From the human T2T-CHM13v2.0 reference genome, Homo sapiens: a stretch of DNA of 64,000 nucleotides. The notes under the pieces were generated by a model, which did not search any database, had not been told where the DNA came from, and saw only the letters and a program-made list of their open reading frames with translations. Below, piece after piece: positions 28,184 to 45,765 of this stretch (position 1 is the first letter of the stretch; the number at the start of each line of letters is the position of its first letter). Both the position numbers and the translations under genes were made by a program. The stretch lies in assembly GCF_009914755.1 (NCBI RefSeq), contig NC_060925.1, one strand, 5' to 3'.

Positions 28184-28269
28184 GTAAGAAGATTTGGAGT
28201 TAATTTTCCTAGATCTACTATCTTATTATTTCGCTGTTAGCATATTTTGTTAGGCCTTGTGTCCTTTAA

Positions 28270-28710
<441 letters not shown>

Positions 28711-30120
28711 AGGCTGAATGTAGGATTCTTCAGTATGTGGAAAGACAAGGATTCAACGTGTGGTCATATGATAAATAAGTGATTTATAAACAAGAGTGAT
28801 ATTTTGCTAGGGCTTTCAAAGTTAACCGGTTTTCTAGCCTCATGGAATACTGTTGAACCTATAGCGTTGTCTTGATTCTTTTGTGTTCTCTGCCTTGTAA
28901 TTTTCTGTTACTGCTATATCTACGTGTAAATCTTTTTTTCTTTTTTTTTTTTTTTTTTTTTTGGTTAATTCTGCCACATTTAATGTTGGTGAGAGAGTGA
29001 TCTATCCTAATGACATTTTACTGTTTAAAAAAGTTTCCTAGCCATGAAGCCCTGCTACTGATTTAGACAAGGTATTATGGTCATTACTTTGTACCCCTAT
29101 CCTTCCAAGCACTTCTGGTACTTCAGTCGTTTTTACTGATCCACCAACACCTAAAGAGGCTATGCTACAGTCTCTAGCTAAATGGAAGACACATTCATCC
29201 TTCTCCCTCTGACTGCTTTGATCATCATTTATTGCATCTCATAACTAATTTTCTAAAGTTTGGATTGGGACTTTTCAGGTCCTTTTTGGAGGGCAAAGGA
29301 AGTGCCAGCTTCTCTGGGGAACTTGTTTTTAAATCCAAAGACTTGAACCACATTCCCTGCACATGAACATGTTTGCTTTTATCCCTTCTCTCATTGTCTC
29401 CTTCCCATCTTAGTACCATTGTAGTTATAAACATCTGCATTTTTTAGAAGCATTTTACCCATTTATTTTTTTAAACATTCAAGAACTGCTGACGTACTGT
29501 GGATGTAGAGTATAAAACTTGAAAAATGCAGATGTTGAAGGAATAATAGGTATCTTGTGCTTTAATACTTTATGGCAGGATTGTACTATAAGCAAATGAA
29601 TTAAACAGCTATGTAAATCATAAAGAAAAACTAAAAATGAACCAAAGTGAAAGGATAACTTCCAGGCAGTATCTTTCTATTGTAACCTGTTATTTAAGGA
29701 AATACTAGTGATTTCTTCTAAATAGGATGTAAAACTTCTTTCAAATTACTCTTCCTCAGTCCTGCCTGCCAAGAACTCAAGTGTAACTGTGATAAAATAA
29801 CCTTTCCCAGGTATATTGGCAGGTATGTGTGTAATCTCAGAATACACAGGTGACATAGATATGATATGACAACTGGTAATGGTGGATTCATTTACATTGT
29901 TTACACTTCTATGACCAGGCCTTAAGGGAAGGTCAGTTTTTTAAAAAACCAAGTAGTGTCTTCCTACCTATCTCCAGATACATGTCAAAAAAAGAAAGGT
30001 GTTTGTGCTTCCGTTTTGTTTCTGCTCAGTAATATAGTCAAGCAAGTTTGTTCCAAGTGACCCATTGAGCTGTGTATGCATTTTTGTTTATTTCAATAAA
30101 ATATATTTGTATTATTTGTC
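28711..30120 (+). other. CAPZA1: CAPZA1 3' UTR (about 1.4 kb, U/AU-rich, poly-U tract near 28933-28962)
   Basis: Repeat-free AT-rich sequence between the stop codon and AATAAA; end position approximate. Confidence 0.8.
30095..30100 (+). terminator. CAPZA1 polyadenylation signal AATAAA
   Basis: Canonical hexamer with an upstream TGTA element and U-rich flanks. Confidence 0.85.
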
Positions 30121-31527
30121 CTTCATACTATCCATCCATACCACACTATCTTCTGTATCAGGTAGTCTAATAGAAATATACCTGTTTTGTTCTAAAATTG
30201 TCTGAGTCTCTCCTTTTTGATTCATCGCTTCAGCCTTGGTTCTCAAGGTAAGATATTCAGCTGTATTTGATCTTATGTTGAGAATGTTTAGGGTTTCTAA
30301 AATTGGTTTCTACCTTCAACTATTTATAGACTCTGAATAGCCACAGATTTGCAAAGAACAGCTTTTTAAAGCGTGAGCAATGTCTATGGATCATACTGCT
30401 CTTCACTCAAAGACTACCCATGTTTCAAAGGGAAAAATGTAGTTGTCTTCTGTACCTGTCACTCAGAAAGCAAGGCCCAAGTACAGTTGTAGTCACTAGG
30501 CAGAAGTAGAAATGAAAGAATCCCTGCCTTAAACTTGGTAATATTTCACATTGCGTTATCTTGAAATGCTGCTTTCCTCTCCTTAGCTGGCCTAGCTACA
30601 AACTTGTGGGAGAGGCTTTTATCCTGGTTCCCAAAAGAAAACCAGAGGGAGTTTTTATGCTTCAAGTACTCCATCCAAGGCCAGTTCAAATTCCCACCTT
30701 TTTGAGGAATATTTAGCTGCATTCCATTCTATTTGTAATGCAAATAGATTGAAACATTCTTGCTTTTAATTTATTAACTCTCTCATCCTGCCCCTGCTAT
30801 CCCATTGATTCCTTAGCTTAGACTTTTTTAAAAAATTCTTAACCCCTTAACTATCTAAAGGCCTTGGTTACTTGTATAGTCGGGAGGAAGTCAACCCTCC
30901 TTAACCAAGTCTGCCAGAGACACTCCCTCTCCCCCTTCCGCCCCCTTCTTAACCTCCCTTAGCAGAATATTTGCTTGAATTGTATCTATTTTATCACCAC
31001 AAGCTGCTGAAATCAGCCTGTTGTACGCTATGGCAAAGATTTCCCAGCCATCTGGAAAAGGGTTTTTTGTGAGGCTTCCCTCCTATATTTTGGTTTGAAA
31101 TGACACTGCTGAAGACTTTTTTCATCTGAGCCTCAGTGGTTATCCCTCTATTGCTTGCCTAGTTCCAGTGCCTGTTCTCTTTTATAGTCTAAGACTTCGG
31201 TGCTGGACTCATCTAGGTTCATGGGATGCTTGGCAAACTTGGCATATTCTCTTCAAACTCAAAGAATGATAAATATTTGAATGCCAACTTGTGAATTTAC
31301 AATTTTCTATAAAACTACCAAGTAAACCAAATGCTGGTGACCATTGTCTCGTTTTTCAGCTACCTACTATGTGAAAAATCAAAGGAAGATTGGTAAATAT
31401 GAACAAAGCTGGATTGTCCTGTAGTTTAAGTTGAGCTAACTTAAATTTCTTCTTTGAACAGATAGGGTATATATAAATGCACAGAGTATATATAAGCTCT
31501 CTGAGCACAGAAACAAATCTCACATCT

Positions 31528-31762
31528 GACGGCCAGAGGTCACTCTCCTCACCATCTTGGTTTTGGTGGGGTTTAGCCAGCTTCTTTACTGCAGCCTGTT
31601 TTATCAGCAAGGTCTTTATGACATGTATCTTGTGCTGACCTCCTGTCTTATCCTGTGACTTAGAATGCCTAACCTCCTGGGAATGCAGTCCAATAGGTCT
31701 CAGTCTCATTTTACCCAGTCCCTGTTGAAGATGGAGTTGCTCTGGTTCAAAGAGCTCTGACA
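31528..31762 (-). mobile_element. MER41-family (ERV1) LTR, 5' 235-bp fragment
   Basis: Reverse complement reads TGTCAGAG...TTTGAACCAGAGCAACTCCATCTT...GACCTTGCTGATAAAACAGG...GTGACCTCTGGCCGTC, matching the MER41 5' end as I recall it. Confidence 0.85.
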
Positions 31763-33229
31763 ATAACAATTAGAACCCCATGTGAAGTAGATTTTTCTGG
31801 ATGAAATTGTTTAGAGAAGTTCCATTGTAAACAAAGCCACATAGCATCACACTTTTTACCCAAGGTTTTACTATACTGCAGACTTTTGTGTACGTTTTGA
31901 GAACATCCAAGACATAAACCTGACCAGAGAAGAAGGGAGATTGTATCCAAGAATAATAGGGATTTAGATTTGCTGGTCAGAATGGAGCCAGACATTCAGT
32001 TTGAGTACGGTTGATGGTACGTTTTTGAGATGGTAAGTAACAAGGCAATTTTTAAGAGTTCACCCTCTCTATTCTTCTGGAACCTCATCAGGACATTGAG
32101 GGAGAAAAAAGGTAAAATCTTTGGCTGCTTTTCTAGTTTTTTCTTCTACTTTGCATAATAAGTTTGTAAGATGTTTTCCTCTGCCCTATTTTACCCATCC
32201 CCGTAGCTTTGGTTCCCACTGACATTGCATTTCCTGTTGCTAAAGCCTGTTATTCCTGGCTTCATTTGGTTGTTGGCCTGAGAGAAGGTACCGGGTAGCC
32301 CAGCTGGAGTATGACCTGGGTTCTGGACTTTCTTCAATTCCGTAGATTGAGTGTGTGGCCTCCTGCTGGTAGCTACTATGGAGAACAACACTAGCTTTGA
32401 TTTATTTGAAAGTGATGTATTTGATTTAAAACTTTGTAGTGTAACTTAGCTTGTCCCATTCTAGTGTGTGTGTCATTTCATTCTGCGGGAAAAAAATAGA
32501 TGCAAAGGTTTGTTATTGTAGCCCCACCCCCTTAAATTTGTCTATACAGTCTTCTGAAGCACACTGCCCTTTTAGTTCTCTTCTTGGTACTGATGCTGTC
32601 ACTATTAACCACTTATTATTGCCTAACACAACAGTCCCTTACGCTCAAGATGCTAGTATTTTGATGAATATAAGGGTCCACCTTATATACCAGTAAAAAT
32701 TAAAGAGCAATACAGACTGGAATGCAACGAAGCGCCCAAATATGTGGCTCAGGGGTAAGGGTCGGTCACCAGCCTTTCCACATAAGCCGATGTGGCAGAG
32801 AAAAGCAATTACTGTGTATCCTGGCAGAGCCCCTTGTCCCTCCCTCCCACACGTACACACCTTTATCTCAGAGACACTGGGTTCTTTTCCCCAAACTTCT
32901 TTGACCCTTATGCCAACTACGTGCGTCTGAAAGCCCGAGAAGGGAAAATGGGGGAGGGGGCGTGTCGCCCCGAGTTTACGTCCCTGGAAGGCTGGGGGAG
33001 GCGCTGGATGAGCTTCCCCATTCCGGCCGCAGCCGACCTAGATCCCAGCCCTGCCCTTTGCTCTCCTGCTTTTCACTGAGTCCCGAGGCTCTGGAGGGTG
33101 GGCGTGAGGGTAGCCCTGGCTGAGGCTCGGAGGTCCTCCCGGGCTGTTCAGAGGGCCCCAAGCGGTAGCCACGTTCTGATACTGGCTAGAAGCCAGGGGA
33201 GGGAGCTTGGGGTAAGGGGAGGGCCCTGA

Positions 33230-33310
33230 GGGAGGGGTCAGACGCTTTAGGAAAGAGTTAATGCGAAGAGGGGGAGGGGATAGGACGAAGAAACCGAAGG
33301 GAAAGCTCAG
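33230..33310 (+). other. MOV10: Probable MOV10 non-coding exon 1 (5' end approximate)
   Basis: Strong cag/gtaaga donor at 33310, followed by candidate acceptors opening exons at 33413 and 33429. Confidence 0.65.
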
Positions 33311-33440
33311 GTAAGAAAAGAACGGAGGAGGGAAGCCTGGTGGGGAGAAGGGAGCCCGCAGGATCAGGGGTCAGAGTTAGGGGGCTTCCCTCCTGCTGCA
33401 CCCTCATCTCAGGGCCGCCAACTTCCAGCTGCAGCGGCGA

Positions 33441-33457
33441 CTTTCAGTTTCATTTCC
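33441..33457 (-). promoter_or_regulatory. ISRE / IRF-Ets composite element (GGAAATGAAACTGAAAG)
   Basis: Contains GAAAnnGAAA and GGAAnnGAAA; MOV10 is a known interferon-stimulated gene. Confidence 0.65.
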
Positions 33458-33493
33458 ACGGACCCTCCTGCCTGGGCCGCAGCCGCCGCCGCG

Positions 33494-33630
33494 ATGCCCA
33501 GTAAGTTCAGCTGCCGGCAGCTCCGGGAGGCGGGCCAGTGTTTCGAGAGTTTCCTGGTCGTTCGGGGACTGGACATGGAGACAGATCGCGAGCGGCTGCG
33601 GACCATTTATAACCGCGACTTCAAGATCAG
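33494..33630 (+). CDS. MOV10: MOV10 RNA helicase, first coding exon (MPSKFSCRQL...IYNRDFKI)
   Basis: gccgcgATG Kozak context; donor gtacgg; 137 nt. Confidence 0.96.
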
Positions 33631-35018
33631 GTACGGGCCGGCCCACTCCCGGCCCCGAATCGCGGGCCCAGCTTGCTGCCACGACCCCCGCGCGAGGGCC
33701 ACCTTTCCCGCCCCGGGGCGCAGAGGGACGCAGCTCCCCCAGCGGCTCAGGCCAGTCCCGGGGCGGCGCAGACCTCCCCTCCCGCGCCTCGCCCACGCCC
33801 CACCAGCGCCGCCCGGAGCCCGCCAGTTCTGCCCGAGCTGGGCCCCTGCGCCAAGTCGCCGCGGAGAGCCTCCCGCGCTGCCCGCGCCCCCGGAGGCCGG
33901 AACCCGGGGCCGGGAGCTGCGTCCCGCGTCCATGCGCCGCTCGCGGGGGCTGAGGGACAGCGCTCGCGGTGGGGGAGGGGAGCCTCCAGAGGGGGCCCAG
34001 GCATCGCGGGAGCGCGGGTTAGAGGCTGCCTGTTGGGGGCTGCGAGCCCGAGCGCGGGCTTTACAGGGACCTCTGCCACCTTGTTGAGGCGCTGCTGCCT
34101 CGGGGGTCCGCTATCTGGGAGAACTGAAGAGGCCCAGGGTAGAAGGGAGAAGCTCAGGAAGCTCTGGAAAGAAGAAAAGGGCACAAACTACGTGCGTACC
34201 AAACCTCCATTAGCACCTGTGGCTTCTCCATGGAGACCCAGGGGCAGAGCCAGCCTTCTGGAGGCTCCCTTTCACCCTGTGGCTGAAGGCTCTTTGGTCT
34301 CCTTTTCCTGCTACCACCCAAGTGAAAATCAAAGAGTCTTCTGTCACACCACAGAATTGTGCTTCAAAAACACGTTTATCAACAGGCTGCTGCCTTGCGT
34401 GGAAAACCAAGAAGCAGTTTAACAAGGGTAAACGTAAAGACTTGTACAAATAAACATAAGGCAGTGGGAATCTGGGCTTAATAACAGACCTCCCGAAAAA
34501 GACCTTGGGTTTTAGCAGACCAGAGGGCCAGTATGGGTGAGATATGGCTGCTAAAACAGCTGAAGTCTAAGATTGAGCTAACAGAAGTGTGATTTGGGGT
34601 GGGGGAAAAGGGTAGAGACTCTCCATATTGGTGAAATCGTGTCTGGAATATCGTTTTCACTAATGGTTATCACATTTGGAGAGGGATATTAACAGGCTTG
34701 AACAACATCTGAGAAGGGGCAAAGATGATGAGGCCCTGTTTTATGTCACCATGCTGGACACTATGGGGACTCTTAAGATGAAAAACACACAATCCCAGAG
34801 GAGCATCAGAGGCTATGATATGCATGCAATATACATGTACACAATATAGGATAGTACATGGTAAAATGGAGGATTATACTAGGGATGGTAAGAGAAAAAT
34901 GCTGGAGGAAAGAGCGAGCATTTGCATCACATGGTATCAACACTTAAGGTATGTGAATTCACCTATATCCACAGAGTACAACATGGCTAGGAAACAAGTC
35001 ACCTACTTCTTTTGGCTC

Positions 35019-35485
35019 TGTTAAGGAAAAAGTAATTGGTTAAAACAGTAAGGCTGACTTGACTCAAGGCTATGGTAATAGGGTATTGCAATAGGAAAGA
35101 AGAGAGTTGGAGCTCAATTCCGAATACAGCAAAAACAGCGGGGGATTTATGACCAATGAACAGAGTAAGGGGATCAATATATAGAAAATTACTAAGAGGA
35201 GTCATAAAGAGTGGGAGGATTTTTGCTCACCTGACCTAACAAGATTCTTGTTAAAGGCAGACCAAGGACTTGTACATCAAAGGCGGGAATGAGGAACTTG
35301 ATCAGATATCAAGCGTGGTCATGCATCAAGGGTGAGGAGTCTCACTTAAATGACTTCAGTATTCTTGCTAAAACTGAACTAGGTGGGCCTAAGACTGAAG
35401 GGTTTGGGGAGGCAAGGTCAAGGGCTAGTCAAAAAGAGGGCTCAGGGGAGTCTAACAAAAGTTTGATCAAGGAGAGTCTTTGTCA
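35019..35485 (-). mobile_element. MER31-like ERV1 solo LTR with 4-bp TSD (gctc)
   Basis: TG...CA termini; reverse complement begins TGACAAAGACTCTCCTTGATCAAACTTT; gctc at 35015-35018 and 35486-35489. Confidence 0.75.
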
Positions 35486-38400
35486 GCTCTAAACCAAAGG
35501 TACATAGTATGTTTTAGTACTGGGGAAAAACTGGTTGTGTTGGATTGCATACAGAAAGCCAGATATACTGTATATTATGGGTGAATGTAGGCATTTTCCA
35601 AAGTAGTTTTTACTGTATGCACTTGTGTTTATGCAGATAAGATACCACTCCTCTGTAATCATTAGGGGATGTGATGGAGAAGATGGCATTGACTTTAGCC
35701 TTGAAAGAGATAAAATTTTAGTACATAGAGGAGGTGGAAAGGCCTTCTATGTGGGTTCATATTCTATCCTGAGACCCAGTGAAAGAAACTCAGAAATATT
35801 TGCCTCAAAAATAGAAAAATCAGACAGTACAAGGTAATTATCCTTGACTATTTTGGAGTGTTATAATGGATAAGATTGCACTCCTGTGTCACTCCAGAAG
35901 ACAGAAGCGGGTTTCATCAACTATCCCCGCTCTGTACCCTCATCATGTTGGGGAAATGTATGTTCAGATTAAAGAACTTGCCTACACATCCTTTAAAGCC
36001 AGGCTGGAATGCTGTGAAGTCAACCTTCATTTCCCAGTAGGAATTACTTGCTTTTTCTCTGGGCTCTCATGGCTCATTCTTTATACCTTGGGTATAGCCT
36101 GGTATTATGGTCACGTTACACTCTGCTTTATGGCACGTGGTCATCTCCTCCTGGTACCAAATCATTGTAATATGCTAAAGCCAGTGTATTATGCTAGCCA
36201 CGCAAATGCTAGATCCTCTACCTTTAGTCAGGTTTATATCTGTCTGCAGTCCCCAGCATAGAGCTTTGTATGTAGTAGATGCTCAATAAATGCTTGCAGA
36301 ATCTAAGTGAACTAGCAACTAGAGTTAACTAACAAGAGAATGGGCCATATAGCGGGGGGTATAGCAAGTCACACTCTTTAGGAATTCTAGGAGATTCCTA
36401 CACTGAGAGGGGATAGGTCTCTCCAGCTAGGTTATTTTATGATGTTATAAAGTGCTCTGCTCTGAACTCTTGCCTTTTCCCACCTACCTTTATTCATTTA
36501 GCAAATATAGTTAATGAGGCTCTACTGTGTGCCTGTGCCTTGGTCCTTGCCTCCAAAGAATATAATCTAGTAAAGAGCAGCAGATATGTGTAGACAAACA
36601 AATGCAATACAGTAGTATAGGTGCTAGTAATGGTGTTTAGATAGCCCTGCCATTTAGTGGTTGCATTTAACTTTGAACAACTCTCTAAATTTTCCATTTC
36701 CCCAACTGTAAGAGTATGTAAAATAGTACCTTTCTCTCGGGGTTGTGAGAGACCAAAATGAGTTGTCCTAGGCAAAGCATTTGTGTGGCTAGCATATTAC
36801 ACTGGCTTTGTTAAGTGGTACCCCTCATTAGTGCGATGATGATTAGGAGTCCATTGTATGGGGTAAGGACTGATGTCACGAAAAGGTTTCTGAGAGAAGA
36901 TGATTCTTGCTTTGGACAGGAGACTCATTCTTCTACAAGTACTGGCTGAGTGCTTCCTATGAATGGCAAAGCAAAAGTGAGTTGCTAGAAATATACAAAA
37001 GGAACCCAACTAACTAAGGAAGGAGGCAGCAGTTAGATAATTATTTAATTACGGTTGTGATGAGTGCTTGTACAGAAAAGTCCAGTATGCATTGAGAGTA
37101 TATAATTTGGAGATCTGTCCTAGTCTAGCAACCTAGACTAGATCAAGAAACTTAGGCAGAGGTTTCTTGGGGAAAGTGATATTTGAGTAGAATCTTGAAG
37201 GATTAATGGGACTTAGAAGGTGTAAAGGGCAAGGGTAGAGTGTACAGGCAGGAACAGCACCTTCAAAGGCTTGGGATGACCTCAGAAGAACGGGAGACCA
37301 GCAGGGCCCTGGGTAGGCATTGTGAGGTGTTTTGTTTTGTCTTTAATCTTAATGGAAATAGGAAAACACAGAAAATTTCAAAGTAAGAGTCTGACGTAAT
37401 CAGATTTAGAAAGATCATTCTGGCTTCTGGCGTGGAGAGTGGCTTGGTGGTTGGACCTCTACCCACAGTAAAAAACACATTTTACTTTGGGACCTGGCAT
37501 ACACAACCTTCACAAAACAATGCCTGCCCTTGAAACAATACATAGTTTCACTCCCTGCTCTCTGATATTTTTTATTCTATTTTATTTCAATTTTATAAAA
37601 ACCCTGGCTTTGACCCACTAATGGGAGTTGGAATCCATAGTCTATAGATTGTGAAACTAGATGTCTCTTTAAGATCACTTCCAAATCTGATCATATGTGC
37701 TGAAATACCATTCCTCTAGCTTTTGGCCTTTCCTGAACTGGGTCTAAAAAGATTAGCCATTGTTCACCCAACAAACAGCAGGGGCGGCCTAAGGCAGGGC
37801 AGTGCAGGCTAAGGATGTCCACAGCACAGAAGTCTGCAGAGGGGCACAGTGATACAAGTAGTTGGGAATGGCTGAAATAAGGATGGATTGACAAGAGGCC
37901 AAGTGTGGTTGAGGATGTGTACCTCAATTTCTTTTTCTCTAAAATGGGATGATAATAATTACTACCTCAAAGGGTTGTTTTGAGGATTGAATGAGATAAT
38001 GCATTCAGGAAACGTTTTCTGTTGATGTTATTGTATTTGCATTATCGTTGTTACTATGGAGGATCTTGGAAGGTGCCATATTAAAGACTTAATTTTGTGG
38101 ACTATGGAGTTGTAAATTGAGGGAACAAGATCAGATTTGTGTTTGATGACAATTCTGCAGATATAGGGGGTGGCCTAGTGTAGGGGTATGAAGCCAGAGG
38201 TAGGGAGAACAGTTAACTGGAACCTAGAAAATTGAGCAAGGGGTATGATCAGGCAGCTCACAGAAGAAATATAAATGACTAATAAAAGAAGGAAAGATCC
38301 TTGACTATATTGGTGATCAGAGAAATGCACAGTTTAAAAAGATAGGAGTTTTTGTAATCAAATTGTCAAAAATTTAAAACATTGAAAATTTCTGATGTTA

Positions 38401-38955
38401 GAGCTTTGGGAAAATGGCATTTTCTAACTCTTGTTAGTGAGAACATAAATTTGTACAACCTGTTTAAAGGACAATTTGGCAGAACTTATCAAAGTTGTAA
38501 AGGTTCATTCTCTTTGACCCAGGTGTTGTACTTTAAGGAATTTATCCCATTAGACTTGCCTACAAGTACAAGGGTTTGTGTGCAAGGATAGTTATTGTAA
38601 CATTAGGAGTAGCCAGAAATTTCAGGCAGCTTGTCTATCACTAGAGAAAAAAACACACCATGATGCATTCATACATGCTATCTTTTGTAGCCATTCAAAA
38701 GGTCATGGTGGTTCTGTAAAGCATTGTTATGGGAGAAGATCCATGGTGGGAAGACGCCTGCTGCAGAATAGTATGTGTAGCATGTATCATCTCATTATTG
38801 TGTTTTATATGCATAGAAAAAAATCAGGAAAAACATACATCAAATAGTGGGTTTAATTAATTGCTCCTAATCAAGCAAGTAGTTGGAAGCAAGGGAATTA
38901 AGGGCTTTAATGTTTTATGTTAGATACTTGTTTAAATGTTTTAAAAATACTTTTG

Positions 38956-44475
<5,520 letters not shown>

Positions 44476-45689
44476 TTACAGAGATGAGTTCTGTCTGCCC
44501 TTGTGCCATGCAGGTTTTCAAAAATAGGAGGTTTCATGTTAAAATTTTGATTTTGTCTTTTCTTGAAAGTCAGATCTGGCCATCCGGGGCCTGCATTCCC
44601 TACTGGCCCCGTTCGAAGATAAGCAGTTACCTGCTTCAGACAGGGCATGCACTTCCCAGTTTGTTCAGTCCCCACAAAGCCCTCTTTCTGCCCAGCATTG
44701 ATCTGGGAGCCTGGAGCCACTTTTCTTGGAGGTTGCACTTTGTTTTCTTAGCGTTGTGAGGGATATGCATGCAGTATTCTTACACTAGTGACTCTCAAAA
44801 ATGGACTGAACAGGTGTCTGAAAGGGCTGCAAGGATCAAGATACCTGTGAAGCATAGCTGCTGTAGGCATTAGCTTGTGCCTCGATCCATGGGACTTTGA
44901 TGGACTCTAAGAAGCCCTTGTGAAAGTTACTGATGATCTCCTGATTTCAGTCCCTGTATTACTGGACCCCTCAGCAGCTTTTGATCCTGATACCTGATTT
45001 TGAGACTTTGCTGATTCTCCTTTCTCTCTTGAGGGTTTCTTGTTTTCCCTTCCTCCCCGGGTTGTGCTAGTAGCTGCTCTCAACTACTCACACTCCCTGG
45101 GGAGATTCCTACACTTCCTTGATTATAACCACTACCTGGGGACTCCCTAATACTAGGCTGTAACCTTGACTTTGGCCTGAGTTCTCAGCTTCTGACTCGT
45201 GGAGCTGGTTGCCTCTGGACCACAGGAATCTCAAACGCATCATATCCAAATCCAAATGTCATGGTCAGTCCCTCCAACCCCTCCTCCTCTTGTCTTACAT
45301 CCTATCTCAGAGATAGTCCTAGAAGCCAGGCCATTGATTTGGGGATCCTAGACTCATCCCTCTTCCCAGCCTTCATTCCCCCTTCTGTCAGTCACCAAAT
45401 TTCTGCTAATTTTACATTCTAAGTATTAGCGAATCTTGCCGCTCTTCTTCTGTATCTCTACCCACTGCCTTGCTCAGGCCTTTGTTATCTTTTAACTGGA
45501 CAATTGCAAGGGCCTTCTTCTAACTGGTCTCCCTGCCTACAGTCTTGCCTCCAGCAAATCCATCCTCCAATCCTGATGCCAGAGTGATCTGAAATGCAAA
45601 TATGATCTTGCCACTCCCCTGCTTAAAACCCACCAACCGCAGTGGTTCTGTAACCACAGTGTAGCCTCTGACGTGGGCTGAAAGTAAGT

Positions 45690-45765
45690 TGTTACTACTC
45701 CTACTACTACTGCTACTATTAGTACTACTATTTCTACTAATATAAATACTAACAATAGTAGCTAA
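45690..45765. repeat. Degenerate (TAC)n low-complexity tract
   Basis: tactactcctactactactgctactatt... Confidence 0.75.

Larger units (their letters stand above)
32900..34120. promoter_or_regulatory. CpG island / MOV10 promoter
   Basis: Abrupt rise in GC and CpG content, GC boxes, spans the first MOV10 exons. Confidence 0.9.

Noticed and set aside
31356-31769. 137-aa minus-strand ORF in the CAPZA1-MOV10 intergenic region
   Set aside because: Mostly a translation of the MER41 LTR fragment, with a non-ATG start and no splice or promoter support.
33631-34422. Long overlapping ORFs on both strands (197, 249, 145 and 108 aa) in the CpG island
   Set aside because: Low-complexity Pro/Arg/Gly/Ala peptides expected from stop-poor GC-rich DNA; the real exon ends at the 33630 donor.
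37120-37141. Perfect 9-bp hairpin ctagtctag-caac-ctagactag
   Set aside because: Short, within degraded repeat-like sequence, and expected occasionally by chance in 64 kb.
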